DNA of 19,548 bases from Bathymodiolus heckerae thiotrophic gill symbiont (GCF_900180345.1 NZ_FXLV01000026.1:1-19548), one strand, 5' to 3'; positions 1 to 7,739 are shown, counted from the stretch's first letter. The notes: generated by a model not told the origin, from the letters alone. Numbers and translations are program-made.

Positions 1-338
1 TTAATAAGTTGATTAATTGCAATTTTTAATCTGAAACGACCATCACCTTTGCTAGCAAGCCATGGTTGTAATTGATTGCTATGGTCGTTTGAATAAATTA
101 AATCGCCATATTGCGTCTTACTAATACAACTATTTACATTTTTAGGATCGGTCAAAATTTCAGTCAAGCCACCTTGGGCTTGTTCTAAAATTTTGTAATA
201 TGAAGATAGACTAGGCTGAGGGTCAGCATCTATCGTTAGAACTTTCTTGCCCATAGCGAACAAACATCCGCCTAGGTTGGCTGTAAGTGTCGTTTTTCCG
301 ACACCGCCTTTAGTTGATATTATCGATATAACCTTCAT
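1..338 (-). CDS. ParA/Soj-family P-loop ATPase, 5' part only (gene runs off the left edge)
   Basis: It is absent from the ORF track because there is no stop in the window. The minus-strand ATG is at 338-336, with GAGGA (complement of 345-349) 6 nt upstream. My hand translation is MKVISIISTKGGVGKTTLTANLGGCLFAMGKKVLTIDADPQPSLSSYYKILEQAQGG..., open through position 1. KGGVGKT is the deviant Walker A and IDADPQ the following segment typical of ParA/MinD-type ATPases. Confidence 0.8.
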   Translation of the reverse strand, partial: MKVISIISTKGGVGKTTLTANLGGCLFAMGKKVLTIDADPQPSLSSYYKILEQAQGGLTEILTDPKNVNSCISKTQYGDLIYSNDHSNQLQPWLASKGDGRFRLKIAINQLI

Positions 339-410
339 AAACAATCCTCATTATTTTCAGAGTAATGTTTATGTTTATTGTTATACGACTAACTATCTAA
401 CTAAATAACA

Positions 411-486
411 TGGTGGGGCGTGAGCGATTTGAACGCTCGACCAGCGGATTAAAAGTCCGATGCTCTACCAACTGAGCTAACGCCCC
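411..486 (-). tRNA. tRNA-Lys (anticodon UUU)
   Basis: The reverse complement reads GGGGCGTTAGCTCAGTTGGTAGAGCATCGGACTTTTAATCCGCTGGTCGAGCGTTCAAATCGCTCACGCCCCACCA (76 nt). It has a 7-bp acceptor stem GGGGCGT/ACGCCCC, a D arm AGCTCAGTTGGTAGAGC, an anticodon loop CTTTTAA (UUU), a T arm GAGCG-TTCAAAT-CGCTC and an encoded CCA. There is one U:C mismatch at the top of the anticodon stem. Confidence 0.93.
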
Positions 487-523
487 ATAAAAAGATGAAA
501 TTATACAGTAATGTAAATTTCAA

Positions 524-802
524 TTATTTTTTATTTACAACTTCTCTAAGTAATTTTCCCGGCTTAAAAAATGGCGTAAATCTCTCACCAACCTGCGTTC
601 TTTCTTTGGATCTTGGGTTGATGCCTAAACGCGCTTTTTTATGCCGCCTATGAAAACTACCAAAGCCCCTAATTTCAACACCTTTACCAGTGACAATACT
701 TTCTGTAAGTGTTGTTAGAATAATATCTACACACGCCTTTACCTCTGATTTTGGCAGGGTAGAATTTTCAAATAAATTAAGAATTAGGTCTGTTTTTTTC
801 AA
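524..802 (-). CDS. ihfB: Integration host factor beta subunit (HU/IHF family DNA-binding protein)
   Basis: The 92-aa ORF carries RGFGSF...NPRS...FKPGKLLRE, the HU/IHF beta-arm signature, and PFFKPGK resembles IHF more than HU. Its position 4 nt downstream of rpsA matches the conserved cmk-rpsA-ihfB order. The start codon is TTG (complement of 800-802). Confidence 0.85.
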   Translation of the reverse strand: MKKTDLILNLFENSTLPKSEVKACVDIILTTLTESIVTGKGVEIRGFGSFHRRHKKARLGINPRSKERTQVGERFTPFFKPGKLLREVVNKK

Positions 803-806
803 TGAC

Positions 807-2480
807 TTAGTCTTTGGCTTTCTTCAATAAATCACCTAGCGTGGCACCTTCTACAGACTCAGAAGATTGCTTGTTATAGTCTTCCATTGCTGCTTTTTCT
901 TCAGCTGAATCTTTGGCTTTAATACTGACAGTAATATTACGCATTTTTCTGTCAATATTAACAATAGCCACTTCGATTTCATCACCTACTTTTAACACAG
1001 TGGAAACATCATCAACACGCTCTGATGAAATTTCACCTGCTTTTAAATAGCCTGTAATTTCGTCTGCCAATGTAATGACAGCACCCCTTGTGGTTACCTC
1101 AGCAACCGTGCCTTTGACTACAGAGCCTTTCTTGTTTAGCGAGGTAAAAGACATAAAGCTATCTTCTTCTAGCTGTTTAATACCCAAAGAAATTCGCTCT
1201 TTCTCAGCGTCAATATTCAAAATCACAACTTCAAGCTCTTGACCTTTGGAATAGTTGGAGACCAACTCATCTGCAGGTTGTTTTTCCCAAGAAAGATCGG
1301 CCAAGTGAATCAAGCCATCAATGCCGCCCGGAAGACCGACAAATAAACCAAAGTCTGTGATTGACTTAACATTAACATCAATCTTATCGCCCTTATTATG
1401 CGAAGCCTCAAAAGCCTCCCAAGGGTTTTCTTGTGCTTGCTTCATTGACAAAGAAATACGGTGTTTAGATTCTTGTACATCCAACACAACCACATCAACC
1501 TCTTGACCCAGTTTGACAAATTTAGAAGGACGGGCATTGGCATTTGTCCAATCCATTTCTGATACATGGACCAAACCTTCAACACCCTCTTCAATACGCA
1601 CAAATGCGCCATAATCTGTCAGGTTAGAAACTGTGCCTGAAGCTTTTTTACCCAATGGCAAGCGATCAGAAATATTGTCCCAAGGGCTGACTGTTAATTG
1701 CTTCAAACCTAAAGACACACGCATTTTTTCTTTATCATAATTAAGTACTTTAACGGTAATTTTGTCACCAATAGTAAGTTTCTCAGAGGGGTGATTAACT
1801 CGTTGCCACGAAATATCAGTAATATGTAATAAACCATCGACAGCACCAAGGTCAACAAATGCACCATAATCGGCTAAGTTTTTAACCACACCTTCAATTT
1901 CTTTGCCTTCTTCAAGGGATTCAAGTAATGCCTCTCTGTCTGCAGAGTTGGCTTCTTGCATAACTGCTTTTCTAGAAATAACGATGTTGTTTCTAACCTC
2001 ATCCATTTTGATAACAATCGCCTCAATCTCTTGACCTGTTAGATATGAAAAATCTTTAACTGGATGCGTATCAACTAACGAGCCTGGCAAGAACGCCTTA
2101 ACCACGCCAATATCAACAGTCAAACCGCCTTTCACAGCGCCAGTAACAATGCCAGTAACCACTTCTTTGGCGTTCATTGCAGCTTCAAGCATCTGCCATA
2201 ACTTAATGCGTTTGGCTTTTTCCCTAGATAATAAAGTGTGCCCCAATCCATCGTCGATAGATTCTAAGGCGACTTCTACCACATCGCCCTCTTGAACTTC
2301 TAACTCGCCTTGTGGGTCTTTAAATTGGTCTAGAGAGATAAAAGCTTCTGATTTTAATCCAACATTAATAACCGCTTTTTCACGATTGATGCTGACTACA
2401 GTACCCATTAATAAGGCACCTACTTTGACATTTTGTTGTTCTTCACTGTTTTCAAACAACTCTGCGAATGATTCTGACAT
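807..2480 (-). CDS. rpsA: 30S ribosomal protein S1
   Basis: The 557-aa ORF has repeated S1/OB modules with recurring motifs (DYGAFVDLG, DYGAFVRIE, DFGLFVGLP). The 20 nt before the ATG (TCAACATCAAAGAAAATAAT) contain no Shine-Dalgarno sequence, as is known for E. coli rpsA. Confidence 0.97.
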   Translation of the reverse strand: MSESFAELFENSEEQQNVKVGALLMGTVVSINREKAVINVGLKSEAFISLDQFKDPQGELEVQEGDVVEVALESIDDGLGHTLLSREKAKRIKLWQMLEAAMNAKEVVTGIVTGAVKGGLTVDIGVVKAFLPGSLVDTHPVKDFSYLTGQEIEAIVIKMDEVRNNIVISRKAVMQEANSADREALLESLEEGKEIEGVVKNLADYGAFVDLGAVDGLLHITDISWQRVNHPSEKLTIGDKITVKVLNYDKEKMRVSLGLKQLTVSPWDNISDRLPLGKKASGTVSNLTDYGAFVRIEEGVEGLVHVSEMDWTNANARPSKFVKLGQEVDVVVLDVQESKHRISLSMKQAQENPWEAFEASHNKGDKIDVNVKSITDFGLFVGLPGGIDGLIHLADLSWEKQPADELVSNYSKGQELEVVILNIDAEKERISLGIKQLEEDSFMSFTSLNKKGSVVKGTVAEVTTRGAVITLADEITGYLKAGEISSERVDDVSTVLKVGDEIEVAIVNIDRKMRNITVSIKAKDSAEEKAAMEDYNKQSSESVEGATLGDLLKKAKD

Positions 2481-2557
2481 ATTATTTTCTTTGATGTTGA
2501 CCGGTAAAAAAATCCAACAACGGCATAAGTTGGGTTTTATCGGGTTAGTTTATTTAA

Positions 2558-2579
2558 AAGACTTAACCGCTTAAGTCTT
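2558..2579 (-). terminator. Hairpin overlapping the cmk stop codon; possible partial terminator or attenuator ahead of rpsA
   Basis: The minus-strand RNA reads AAGACUUAA-GCGG-UUAAGUCUU, a 9-bp stem with a 4-nt loop, followed by UUAAAUAAA. The stem is AU-rich and therefore weak. Confidence 0.3.
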
Positions 2580-3275
2580 CATTAATTCGCTCACTTGAGC
2601 AATCACCTTATCAATCGATAACTCTGTAGTATCAATGATAAGCGCATCATTTGCGGGCTTAAGTGGTGAGTTTTTGCGAGAACAATCTCGCTCATCCCTT
2701 GCCACCACCTCTGCCAAGATTTGCGACATTATACCCATAGTACCTTGCGCTTGCAATTGTTTTAAGCGTCTTTTGGCTCGTTCTTGTGCACTTGCTGTCA
2801 AAAACACCTTAAATGGTGCATCCGCAAAAACCACCGTGCCCATATCTCGCCCGTCTGCCACCAGTCCTGGCGCTTGTGCAAAATCTTGTTGGCGTTTTAA
2901 AAGTGCAGTGCGTACCACGCCAATGGATGCAATTTTAGAGGCTATTTCGCCTGTCTGCTCGGTGCGTAGTGTTTTGGACACATTCCTGCCCTCTAAAAAC
3001 ACACTGACCAATTCACTGTCCTGTTCGGTTTTAAATTCTAAATCAAGGGTTTGTGCGATTTTCTGTAAAGCACTTTCATCAGCAATATTCACACCTCTAG
3101 CTTCAACTGCCAAAGCAAAAGCACGATAAATTGCCCCAGAATCCAACAAATTCCAGTCCAATTTTTGTGCCATAACTCGTGCAACCGTACCTTTGCCTAC
3201 ACCACTTGGTCCATCAATGGTTAAAACATTATTCACCCTTAACTCCTTTGAATTCTGATACTCGGATTTTACCAT
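2571..3275 (-). CDS. cmk: Cytidylate kinase
   Basis: The ORF has the P-loop TIDGPSGVGKGT and overall Cmk-like sequence, and it sits upstream of rpsA. The ATG at 3275 has no SD and would overlap the upstream gene by 47 nt. The in-frame GTG at 3236 is preceded by AAGGAG with a 6-nt spacer, leaves only an 8-nt overlap, and may be the true start. Confidence 0.93.
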   Translation of the reverse strand: MVKSEYQNSKELRVNNVLTIDGPSGVGKGTVARVMAQKLDWNLLDSGAIYRAFALAVEARGVNIADESALQKIAQTLDLEFKTEQDSELVSVFLEGRNVSKTLRTEQTGEIASKIASIGVVRTALLKRQQDFAQAPGLVADGRDMGTVVFADAPFKVFLTASAQERAKRRLKQLQAQGTMGIMSQILAEVVARDERDCSRKNSPLKPANDALIIDTTELSIDKVIAQVSELMKT

Positions 3276-3570
3276 TCACAAGGCGAGATTTTCTTTGGTT
3301 GATTTTGTCCATTTTTTGCCAAAACGCCTCGTTCAAATCAAAATCAGCACTAATCGCCGTACCTATCAACAAAATCAACAAATCTGCGGACTCTTCTGCT
3401 AAATCAGCCTTCGATTTTCCCTTAGTCACACAAGCCGATATTTCGCCCAACTCTTCTGTCATCAATACCACACGATACACCAAATCCTCGCCGCCATTAT
3501 TTTTAAAATCATGCTTGTTATGAAATGCTTGAACGGTTTCTAGTATGTCTTTGTATGAATTCTTATCCAT
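3229..3570 (-). CDS. MazG-like nucleotide pyrophosphohydrolase domain protein (all-alpha NTP-PPase)
   Basis: The 113-aa ORF carries the paired acidic helices EELGEI...EESADLL, which resemble the MazG EExxE/EExxD metal-binding motifs. AAGGA lies 9 nt upstream of the ATG. Confidence 0.7.
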   Translation of the reverse strand: MDKNSYKDILETVQAFHNKHDFKNNGGEDLVYRVVLMTEELGEISACVTKGKSKADLAEESADLLILLIGTAISADFDLNEAFWQKMDKINQRKSRLVNGKIRVSEFKGVKGE

Positions 3571-3692
3571 TTTTTTTGTCCTTATAAGTCTAATATTTCA
3601 ACTACTTGCTTCAATATGAGATTTTTGCATAAATATATAGATACGCATCTAGTGCATAAAATTGAGTTTTTAAATATCATTCAAAGGTGTTT

Positions 3693-3875
3693 TCATATAG
3701 CCTTTTTACTGCCTTTTTTTATTTCAAAAATATTAACTGAAAAAGACAAATATATTATTGTCTCTCTTAATATTTGAACTAGTTTAACAGCCCCCTCTAA
3801 ATCTTGCCGGGTAATGGAAAAACTTTTTTCTATTTTTCTCTTTTTCTTCAACTGTAATGGTCTAATTTCTTTCAT
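3693..3875 (-). CDS. Hypothetical 60-aa ORF in the lysS/mazG-like gap (doubtful)
   Basis: This ORF comes from the track only. It has no SD, is lysine-rich and low in complexity, and a 53-aa ORF lies antisense to it at 3616-3777. A 6-bp hairpin (3744-3749 with 3758-3763) followed by a U-run on the minus strand sits inside it. Confidence 0.15.
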   Translation of the reverse strand: MKEIRPLQLKKKRKIEKSFSITRQDLEGAVKLVQILRETIIYLSFSVNIFEIKKGSKKAI

Positions 3876-3889
3876 CTTTAAACTTTACT

Positions 3890-5380
3890 TCATTTACTTT
3901 CTAATTTCATATGTGGAAACAACAACACATCACGAATAGAAGGCGAGTCGGTGAATAACATTACCAAACGGTCAATACCTATGCCTTCACCAGCGGTAGG
4001 TGGCATACCGTATTCCAAGGCACGAATATAATCAGCATCATAATGCATCGCCTCATCATCGCCAGCATCTTTTTCTGCCACTTGTTTATGAAAGCGTTCA
4101 GCTTGATCTTCGGCATCGTTTAACTCAGAAAAGCCGTTGGCAATTTCCCTGCCACCAATGAATAACTCAAATCTATCGGTAATAAATGGATTGTCGTCAT
4201 TACGCCGTGCAAGTGGCGAGACTTCGGTCGGATATTCAGTGATAAAAGTCGGTTGAATAAGTTTTTCCTCTACCGTGGCTTCAAAAATCTCAATTTGAGT
4301 TTTGCCCAACCCCCAAGTGTCTTTTACTGCTATGCCCAATTTTTTAGCAGTGGTAGTGGCATTGTCCGCATTTAAATCATCAACTGAAAAATCAGGATTA
4401 TGCTGCAAAATTGAATCAAATACGCTGATACGCTCAAAGGTTTTAGAAAAATCAAAATCATCACCCTGATATTGTACAACCGCATTGCCGCATACATCAA
4501 CGGCAATACCTCGGAATAAGTTTTCCGTTAAATCCATCACATCATGGTAAGTGGCGTACGCCTGATAAAACTCAATCATGGTAAATTCTGGATTGTGGCG
4601 AGTAGATAGCCCTTCGTTTCTAAAATTACGATTGATTTCAAATACTCTATCCATGCCGCCGACAATCAGTCGCTTAAGATAAAGCTCAGGCGCAATACGC
4701 AAAAACATAGGTATATCTAGCGCATTATGATGTGTTTCAAAAGGCTTAGCAGTCGCACCGCCTGGAATAGATTGCAACATTGGCGTTTCCACTTCCATAA
4801 AACCTGCGTTGTTGAAAAAATTACGAATATAGCTAATAATCTGCGAGCGTCTTTTAAAAGTATCACGCACTTGCTCGTTGATGATTAAATCAACATAACG
4901 CTGGCGGTAGCGCATTTCTTGGTCAGACAAGCCGTGGAATTTTTCTGGCAATGGTCTCAGTGCCTTGGTGAGTAGTTTTATCTCATTCACACGCACAGAT
5001 AGCTCGCCTACTTTGGTCTTAAACAGTGTGCCTTTAACACCAACAATATCACCAATATCCCACTTTTTAAACTGCTCGTTATAAAACCCCTCAGGCAGTT
5101 CATCACGGGTAACAAACAGCTGAATCTGCCCGCTGGTATCCTGAATATGAGCAAAACTCGCCTTGCCCATTACCCGTTTTAGCATCATCCGCCCTGCGAT
5201 TGACACTTCAACTACTTTTTGCTCTAACACTTCTTTTGAAAGTTGCCCAAACTCTGTCGTAATATCTTTGGCCAAGTTCTCAGGTTTAAAATCATTGATA
5301 AACGGATTGCCTGCCTCTCTCAACAAGGCTAATTTTGTTCTTCTTTCTGTTATTAATTTATTGTCGTCTTGATTACTCAT
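3890..5380 (-). CDS. lysS: Lysine--tRNA ligase (class II)
   Basis: The 496-aa ORF has an N-terminal OB anticodon-binding region followed by a class II core ([39 protein letters not shown]). AGGA lies in the 6-nt gap after the upstream stop. Confidence 0.97.
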   Translation of the reverse strand: MSNQDDNKLITERRTKLALLREAGNPFINDFKPENLAKDITTEFGQLSKEVLEQKVVEVSIAGRMMLKRVMGKASFAHIQDTSGQIQLFVTRDELPEGFYNEQFKKWDIGDIVGVKGTLFKTKVGELSVRVNEIKLLTKALRPLPEKFHGLSDQEMRYRQRYVDLIINEQVRDTFKRRSQIISYIRNFFNNAGFMEVETPMLQSIPGGATAKPFETHHNALDIPMFLRIAPELYLKRLIVGGMDRVFEINRNFRNEGLSTRHNPEFTMIEFYQAYATYHDVMDLTENLFRGIAVDVCGNAVVQYQGDDFDFSKTFERISVFDSILQHNPDFSVDDLNADNATTTAKKLGIAVKDTWGLGKTQIEIFEATVEEKLIQPTFITEYPTEVSPLARRNDDNPFITDRFELFIGGREIANGFSELNDAEDQAERFHKQVAEKDAGDDEAMHYDADYIRALEYGMPPTAGEGIGIDRLVMLFTDSPSIRDVLLFPHMKLESK

Positions 5381-5386
5381 ACTGTC

Positions 5387-6064
5387 CTAATGTGTGTTTT
5401 GTTGTTTTTCTTGGTTTTCCAAATCTCTTTGGGCTAATGTTTTTGCCGTGCTTAAATCACGCTCAGCTTCTGCCAATTTTCCCATACCTTTGAGCAAAGT
5501 GCCACGATTATAATAAGCTTGATAAAAATTTGCATCTAAATCAATGGCTTTTGACAAATCTTGATACGCTAAATCGTCTTTTCCTAGTTTTAAAAATGCA
5601 TTGCCGCGATTATAAACAGCGGCAATATAATCCCTTTCTAATTCAAGTGCTTGAGAATATGCATCAATCGCTGCTTGAGATTGCTCCAACTTATCATAGC
5701 AATTACCTAAATTATTAAACGCACCGCAATCTTTGCCATTCAACGCCAAGGCTTTTTTAAAATGCTTAACTGCCACCTTAAAATCTTCTTTTTCCTGTGC
5801 CATAGTCGCTAAACAAAAATGTGCTTCGCTACTATTTGGATTGGATTTTATCGCATTTGACATGCTCTCCATCGCCAAATCATCACTGCCTTGTAATTGG
5901 TGCAAATTGCCCAAACTCAAATGTGCATTGGCTTGAAGGTCTTTGCCCACATTTTGATGATTAAGCAGTGCATTCCACGCTTGAATAGCTGAAGATAATT
6001 TGCCATTTTTCTGATGTGTGTAAGCGGCAACCATTAAATCACTAATCTCTTGTTCGCTGCTCAT
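5387..6064 (-). CDS. Tetratricopeptide-repeat (TPR) protein, cytoplasmic
   Basis: The 225-aa ORF has repeated ~34-aa units with the A..Y/F...A....P pattern (e.g. AAIDAYSQALELERDY, AYQDLSKAIDLDANF). I see no signal peptide or TM segment. Confidence 0.8.
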   Translation of the reverse strand: MSSEQEISDLMVAAYTHQKNGKLSSAIQAWNALLNHQNVGKDLQANAHLSLGNLHQLQGSDDLAMESMSNAIKSNPNSSEAHFCLATMAQEKEDFKVAVKHFKKALALNGKDCGAFNNLGNCYDKLEQSQAAIDAYSQALELERDYIAAVYNRGNAFLKLGKDDLAYQDLSKAIDLDANFYQAYYNRGTLLKGMGKLAEAERDLSTAKTLAQRDLENQEKQQNTH

Positions 6065-6459
6065 AATAGCGTAACAATCAGTTTACGATTATTTACACCA
6101 GCACGATGCTCATATAGAAATAAACCTTGATATTTGCCTAACGCCAATTTTTTATCAACCACAGGAATGCTTTTCGACTCACCTGTCAAGATAGAGCGAA
6201 TATGCCCTGAGACATCAAAATCACCTTCATTATTATGCCGATAATTTGGGTTTGCATCGGTAACAATGGATTGAAAATAATCCTCAATATCCAGCAATAA
6301 ATCGGGGTCTTCGTTGCCCGTAATCATCAACGATGCTGAAGTATGGGCAACAAATATATGACACAATTTCGCATTATTGCCCTGCTTAACAATATCGTTC
6401 ACTTGTTGGGTAATTTCAACAGCACCACGACCTTGGGTAACAACTGTCAATTCACTCAT
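6061..6459 (-). CDS. yjbQ: YjbQ/UPF0047 family protein (secondary thiamine-phosphate synthase-like)
   Basis: The 132-aa ORF carries the HTSASL motif and overall resembles E. coli YjbQ. It overlaps both neighbours by 4 nt. Confidence 0.8.
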   Translation of the reverse strand: MSELTVVTQGRGAVEITQQVNDIVKQGNNAKLCHIFVAHTSASLMITGNEDPDLLLDIEDYFQSIVTDANPNYRHNNEGDFDVSGHIRSILTGESKSIPVVDKKLALGKYQGLFLYEHRAGVNNRKLIVTLL

Positions 6460-6890
6460 TTCAGCAAATCTTTGGCTTTACTGATGTCTAGGCTAACAAG
6501 CTCTTTTTTGCGACCAAACGAACGCACAAGAAAAAAAACCGCCAATAGCAAAAAGACAAAAGGTGTAAACCATAACAAATAGGTGTTTTTATTCACAGGC
6601 GGTTTAAACACCACAAAATCCCCATATCGCTCAACCATAAACACACGAATATCGTCGTTGGTTTTTTGATTGAGGATTAACTCTCTTACCTTTTCCCTTA
6701 AATCTTTTGCCAGTCCAGCATTTGAGCCACCTATACTTTGCCCCTGACACACTGGACAACGAATTTCGCCAATTAACGCCTGATAACGCCGCTCTTGTTT
6801 CTGCGAGGTAAAACTGGTCACATCAATACTTTCAGCATGCACTAAGTTAAAAAGCCCTAACACTAACAAAAATTGAATAAAATAACGCAC
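6456..6890 (-). CDS. ccmH: Cytochrome c-type biogenesis protein CcmH/NrfF
   Basis: The 144-aa ORF has a signal peptide, an RCPVCQGQS motif (the CxxC of CcmH), ERYGDFV and a C-terminal TM anchor. The start codon is GTG (complement of 6888-6890). Confidence 0.85.
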   Translation of the reverse strand: MRYFIQFLLVLGLFNLVHAESIDVTSFTSQKQERRYQALIGEIRCPVCQGQSIGGSNAGLAKDLREKVRELILNQKTNDDIRVFMVERYGDFVVFKPPVNKNTYLLWFTPFVFLLLAVFFLVRSFGRKKELVSLDISKAKDLLK

Positions 6891-6929
6891 AATAAATCTC
6901 GCTAAATAAAAAATAAATAATTTTAACCC

Positions 6930-6978
6930 ATGCCACCAATTACACTTAACAATCTTTCCCTATTGTTTTACATCAAAA
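6930..6978 (+). pseudogene. Diverged duplicate of the first ~16 codons of uup (relic 5' end)
   Basis: By my hand alignment, 6930-6960 versus 7740-7770 gives 27/31 identical positions, and all four differences are transitions. Weaker similarity continues for ~17 nt with one indel. The relic encodes MPPITLNNLSLLFYIK versus the Uup start MPLITLDNLSLRFAEK, then runs into the REP sequence and stops at 7011-7013. Confidence 0.55.
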
Positions 6979-6987
6979 TGTCCCGAG

Positions 6988-7005
6988 TGTCCCGAGCCGG
7001 GAACT
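6988..7005 (+). repeat. REP copy 1 (TGTCCCGAGCCGGGAACT), preceded by a partial copy TGTCCCGAG at 6979-6987
   Basis: This is a GC-rich 18-mer in an AT-rich background with an internal hairpin TCCCG-AGC-CGGGA. Its last base overlaps the RAYT stop codon (7005-7007). Confidence 0.85.
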
Positions 7006-7655
7006 CAATCTAATAATAATAAATGTTGTGATTTTTTATTGTCAATAAAGACTTGTGAAGCATTTTTAGCAAAATCTTGATAATCGTCTAGACTGCCAAT
7101 TTCTGCAATAACGCCATTGATTTCATCGGCACTACAAATTCTATCACCCAGTTCGTTGCCAAAATACTCGAAAACACTAGATTTTACTAAATTTTCTTTA
7201 GGATTTATATGGTGATGTTTGTAGTTTAAATTAACATAGCTTGCAACAATAGGCAATGCATACTCGCCACTCAAATGCTTTGCTTTAAATCTAGATTGGA
7301 ATAATCCACCAGCGCGTTTATATTTTTTATTAAAAAAGTTAACATACGATGCACCAAGTCTGTGCATAAATTTAGAAATACCTTTGTCATTTTTTTGTTT
7401 TAACAATAAATGAAAGTGATTGGGTAGCAGACAATAAGCCACAATTTCCACTAATTTATCTTCATTAATTTCAACATCCTTTCTATTTCTACTATGCTTG
7501 TAAGCATCACTATGATTAACACGGTTTAAATCATTTAAGCGTTTAAAGAAAAAATACAAATCATTCTTGTCCATAAAAATATCACGCTTATCAATACCCC
7601 GATTGAAAACATGATAATATTCATTAGTGACAAATTCTATATCTCTTCTTGGCAT
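7005..7655 (-). CDS. REP-associated tyrosine transposase (RAYT; IS200/IS605-type Y1 HUH transposase fold)
   Basis: The 216-aa ORF has YHVFNRG near the N-terminus, the HUH motif in LLPNHFHLLLK, then GASYVNFFNKKY (a candidate catalytic Tyr region) and GGLFQSRF. REP copies flank the gene. Confidence 0.85.
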   Translation of the reverse strand: MPRRDIEFVTNEYYHVFNRGIDKRDIFMDKNDLYFFFKRLNDLNRVNHSDAYKHSRNRKDVEINEDKLVEIVAYCLLPNHFHLLLKQKNDKGISKFMHRLGASYVNFFNKKYKRAGGLFQSRFKAKHLSGEYALPIVASYVNLNYKHHHINPKENLVKSSVFEYFGNELGDRICSADEINGVIAEIGSLDDYQDFAKNASQVFIDNKKSQHLLLLD

Positions 7656-7673
7656 AGTTCCCGGCTCGGGACA
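7656..7673 (-). repeat. REP copy 2 (inverted orientation), directly abutting the RAYT start codon
   Basis: AGTTCCCGGCTCGGGACA is the exact reverse complement of copies 1 and 3. Confidence 0.85.
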
Positions 7674-7686
7674 AACAAAAAATAAA

Positions 7687-7695
7687 ATTATAACA
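7687..7695 (-). promoter_or_regulatory. Candidate extended -10 promoter (TGTTATAAT) for the RAYT gene, inside the loop between REP copies 2 and 3
   Basis: The minus strand reads AAAGGTGTTATAATTTT, a perfect TGnTATAAT, with no convincing -35. The predicted leader would contain REP copy 2 immediately before the ATG and has no SD. Confidence 0.35.
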
Positions 7696-7700
7696 CCTTT

Positions 7701-7718
7701 TGTCCCGAGCCGGGAACT
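7701..7718 (+). repeat. REP copy 3 (TGTCCCGAGCCGGGAACT)
   Basis: It is identical to copy 1. With copy 2 it forms a perfect 18-bp inverted repeat separated by 27 nt, ending 21 nt upstream of the uup ATG. Confidence 0.85.
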
Positions 7719-7739
7719 GTATAGGAGTAAAATTGTGTA

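Larger units (their letters stand above)
6979..7718. mobile_element. REP-RAYT cassette (RAYT gene plus flanking REP palindromes)
   Basis: A Y1/HUH transposase gene is flanked by inverted copies of the same 18-mer, which is the canonical RAYT arrangement. Confidence 0.8.

Noticed and set aside
411-486. The U:C mismatch at the top of the tRNA-Lys anticodon stem as a sign of a pseudo-tRNA.
   Set aside because: All other stems, the conserved D- and T-loop residues and the encoded CCA are intact. A single mismatch at that position is tolerable.
2635-3129. A 164-aa plus-strand ORF. Similar track ORFs are 1321-1506, 2386-2574, 3179-3523, 5163-5372, 5530-5718, 5733-5936 and 6343-6582.
   Set aside because: All lie antisense inside well-supported minus-strand genes (rpsA, cmk, the mazG-like gene, lysS, the TPR gene, yjbQ/ccmH). 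Their products are Ser/Cys/Thr-rich and low in complexity, with no RBS, so they are shadow ORFs.
5387-6064. The TPR protein as the missing CcmI/CycH partner of ccmH.
   Set aside because: CcmI needs N-terminal membrane anchoring and a periplasmic TPR domain. This protein has no signal peptide or TM segment, and yjbQ lies between it and ccmH. I left it as a generic TPR protein.
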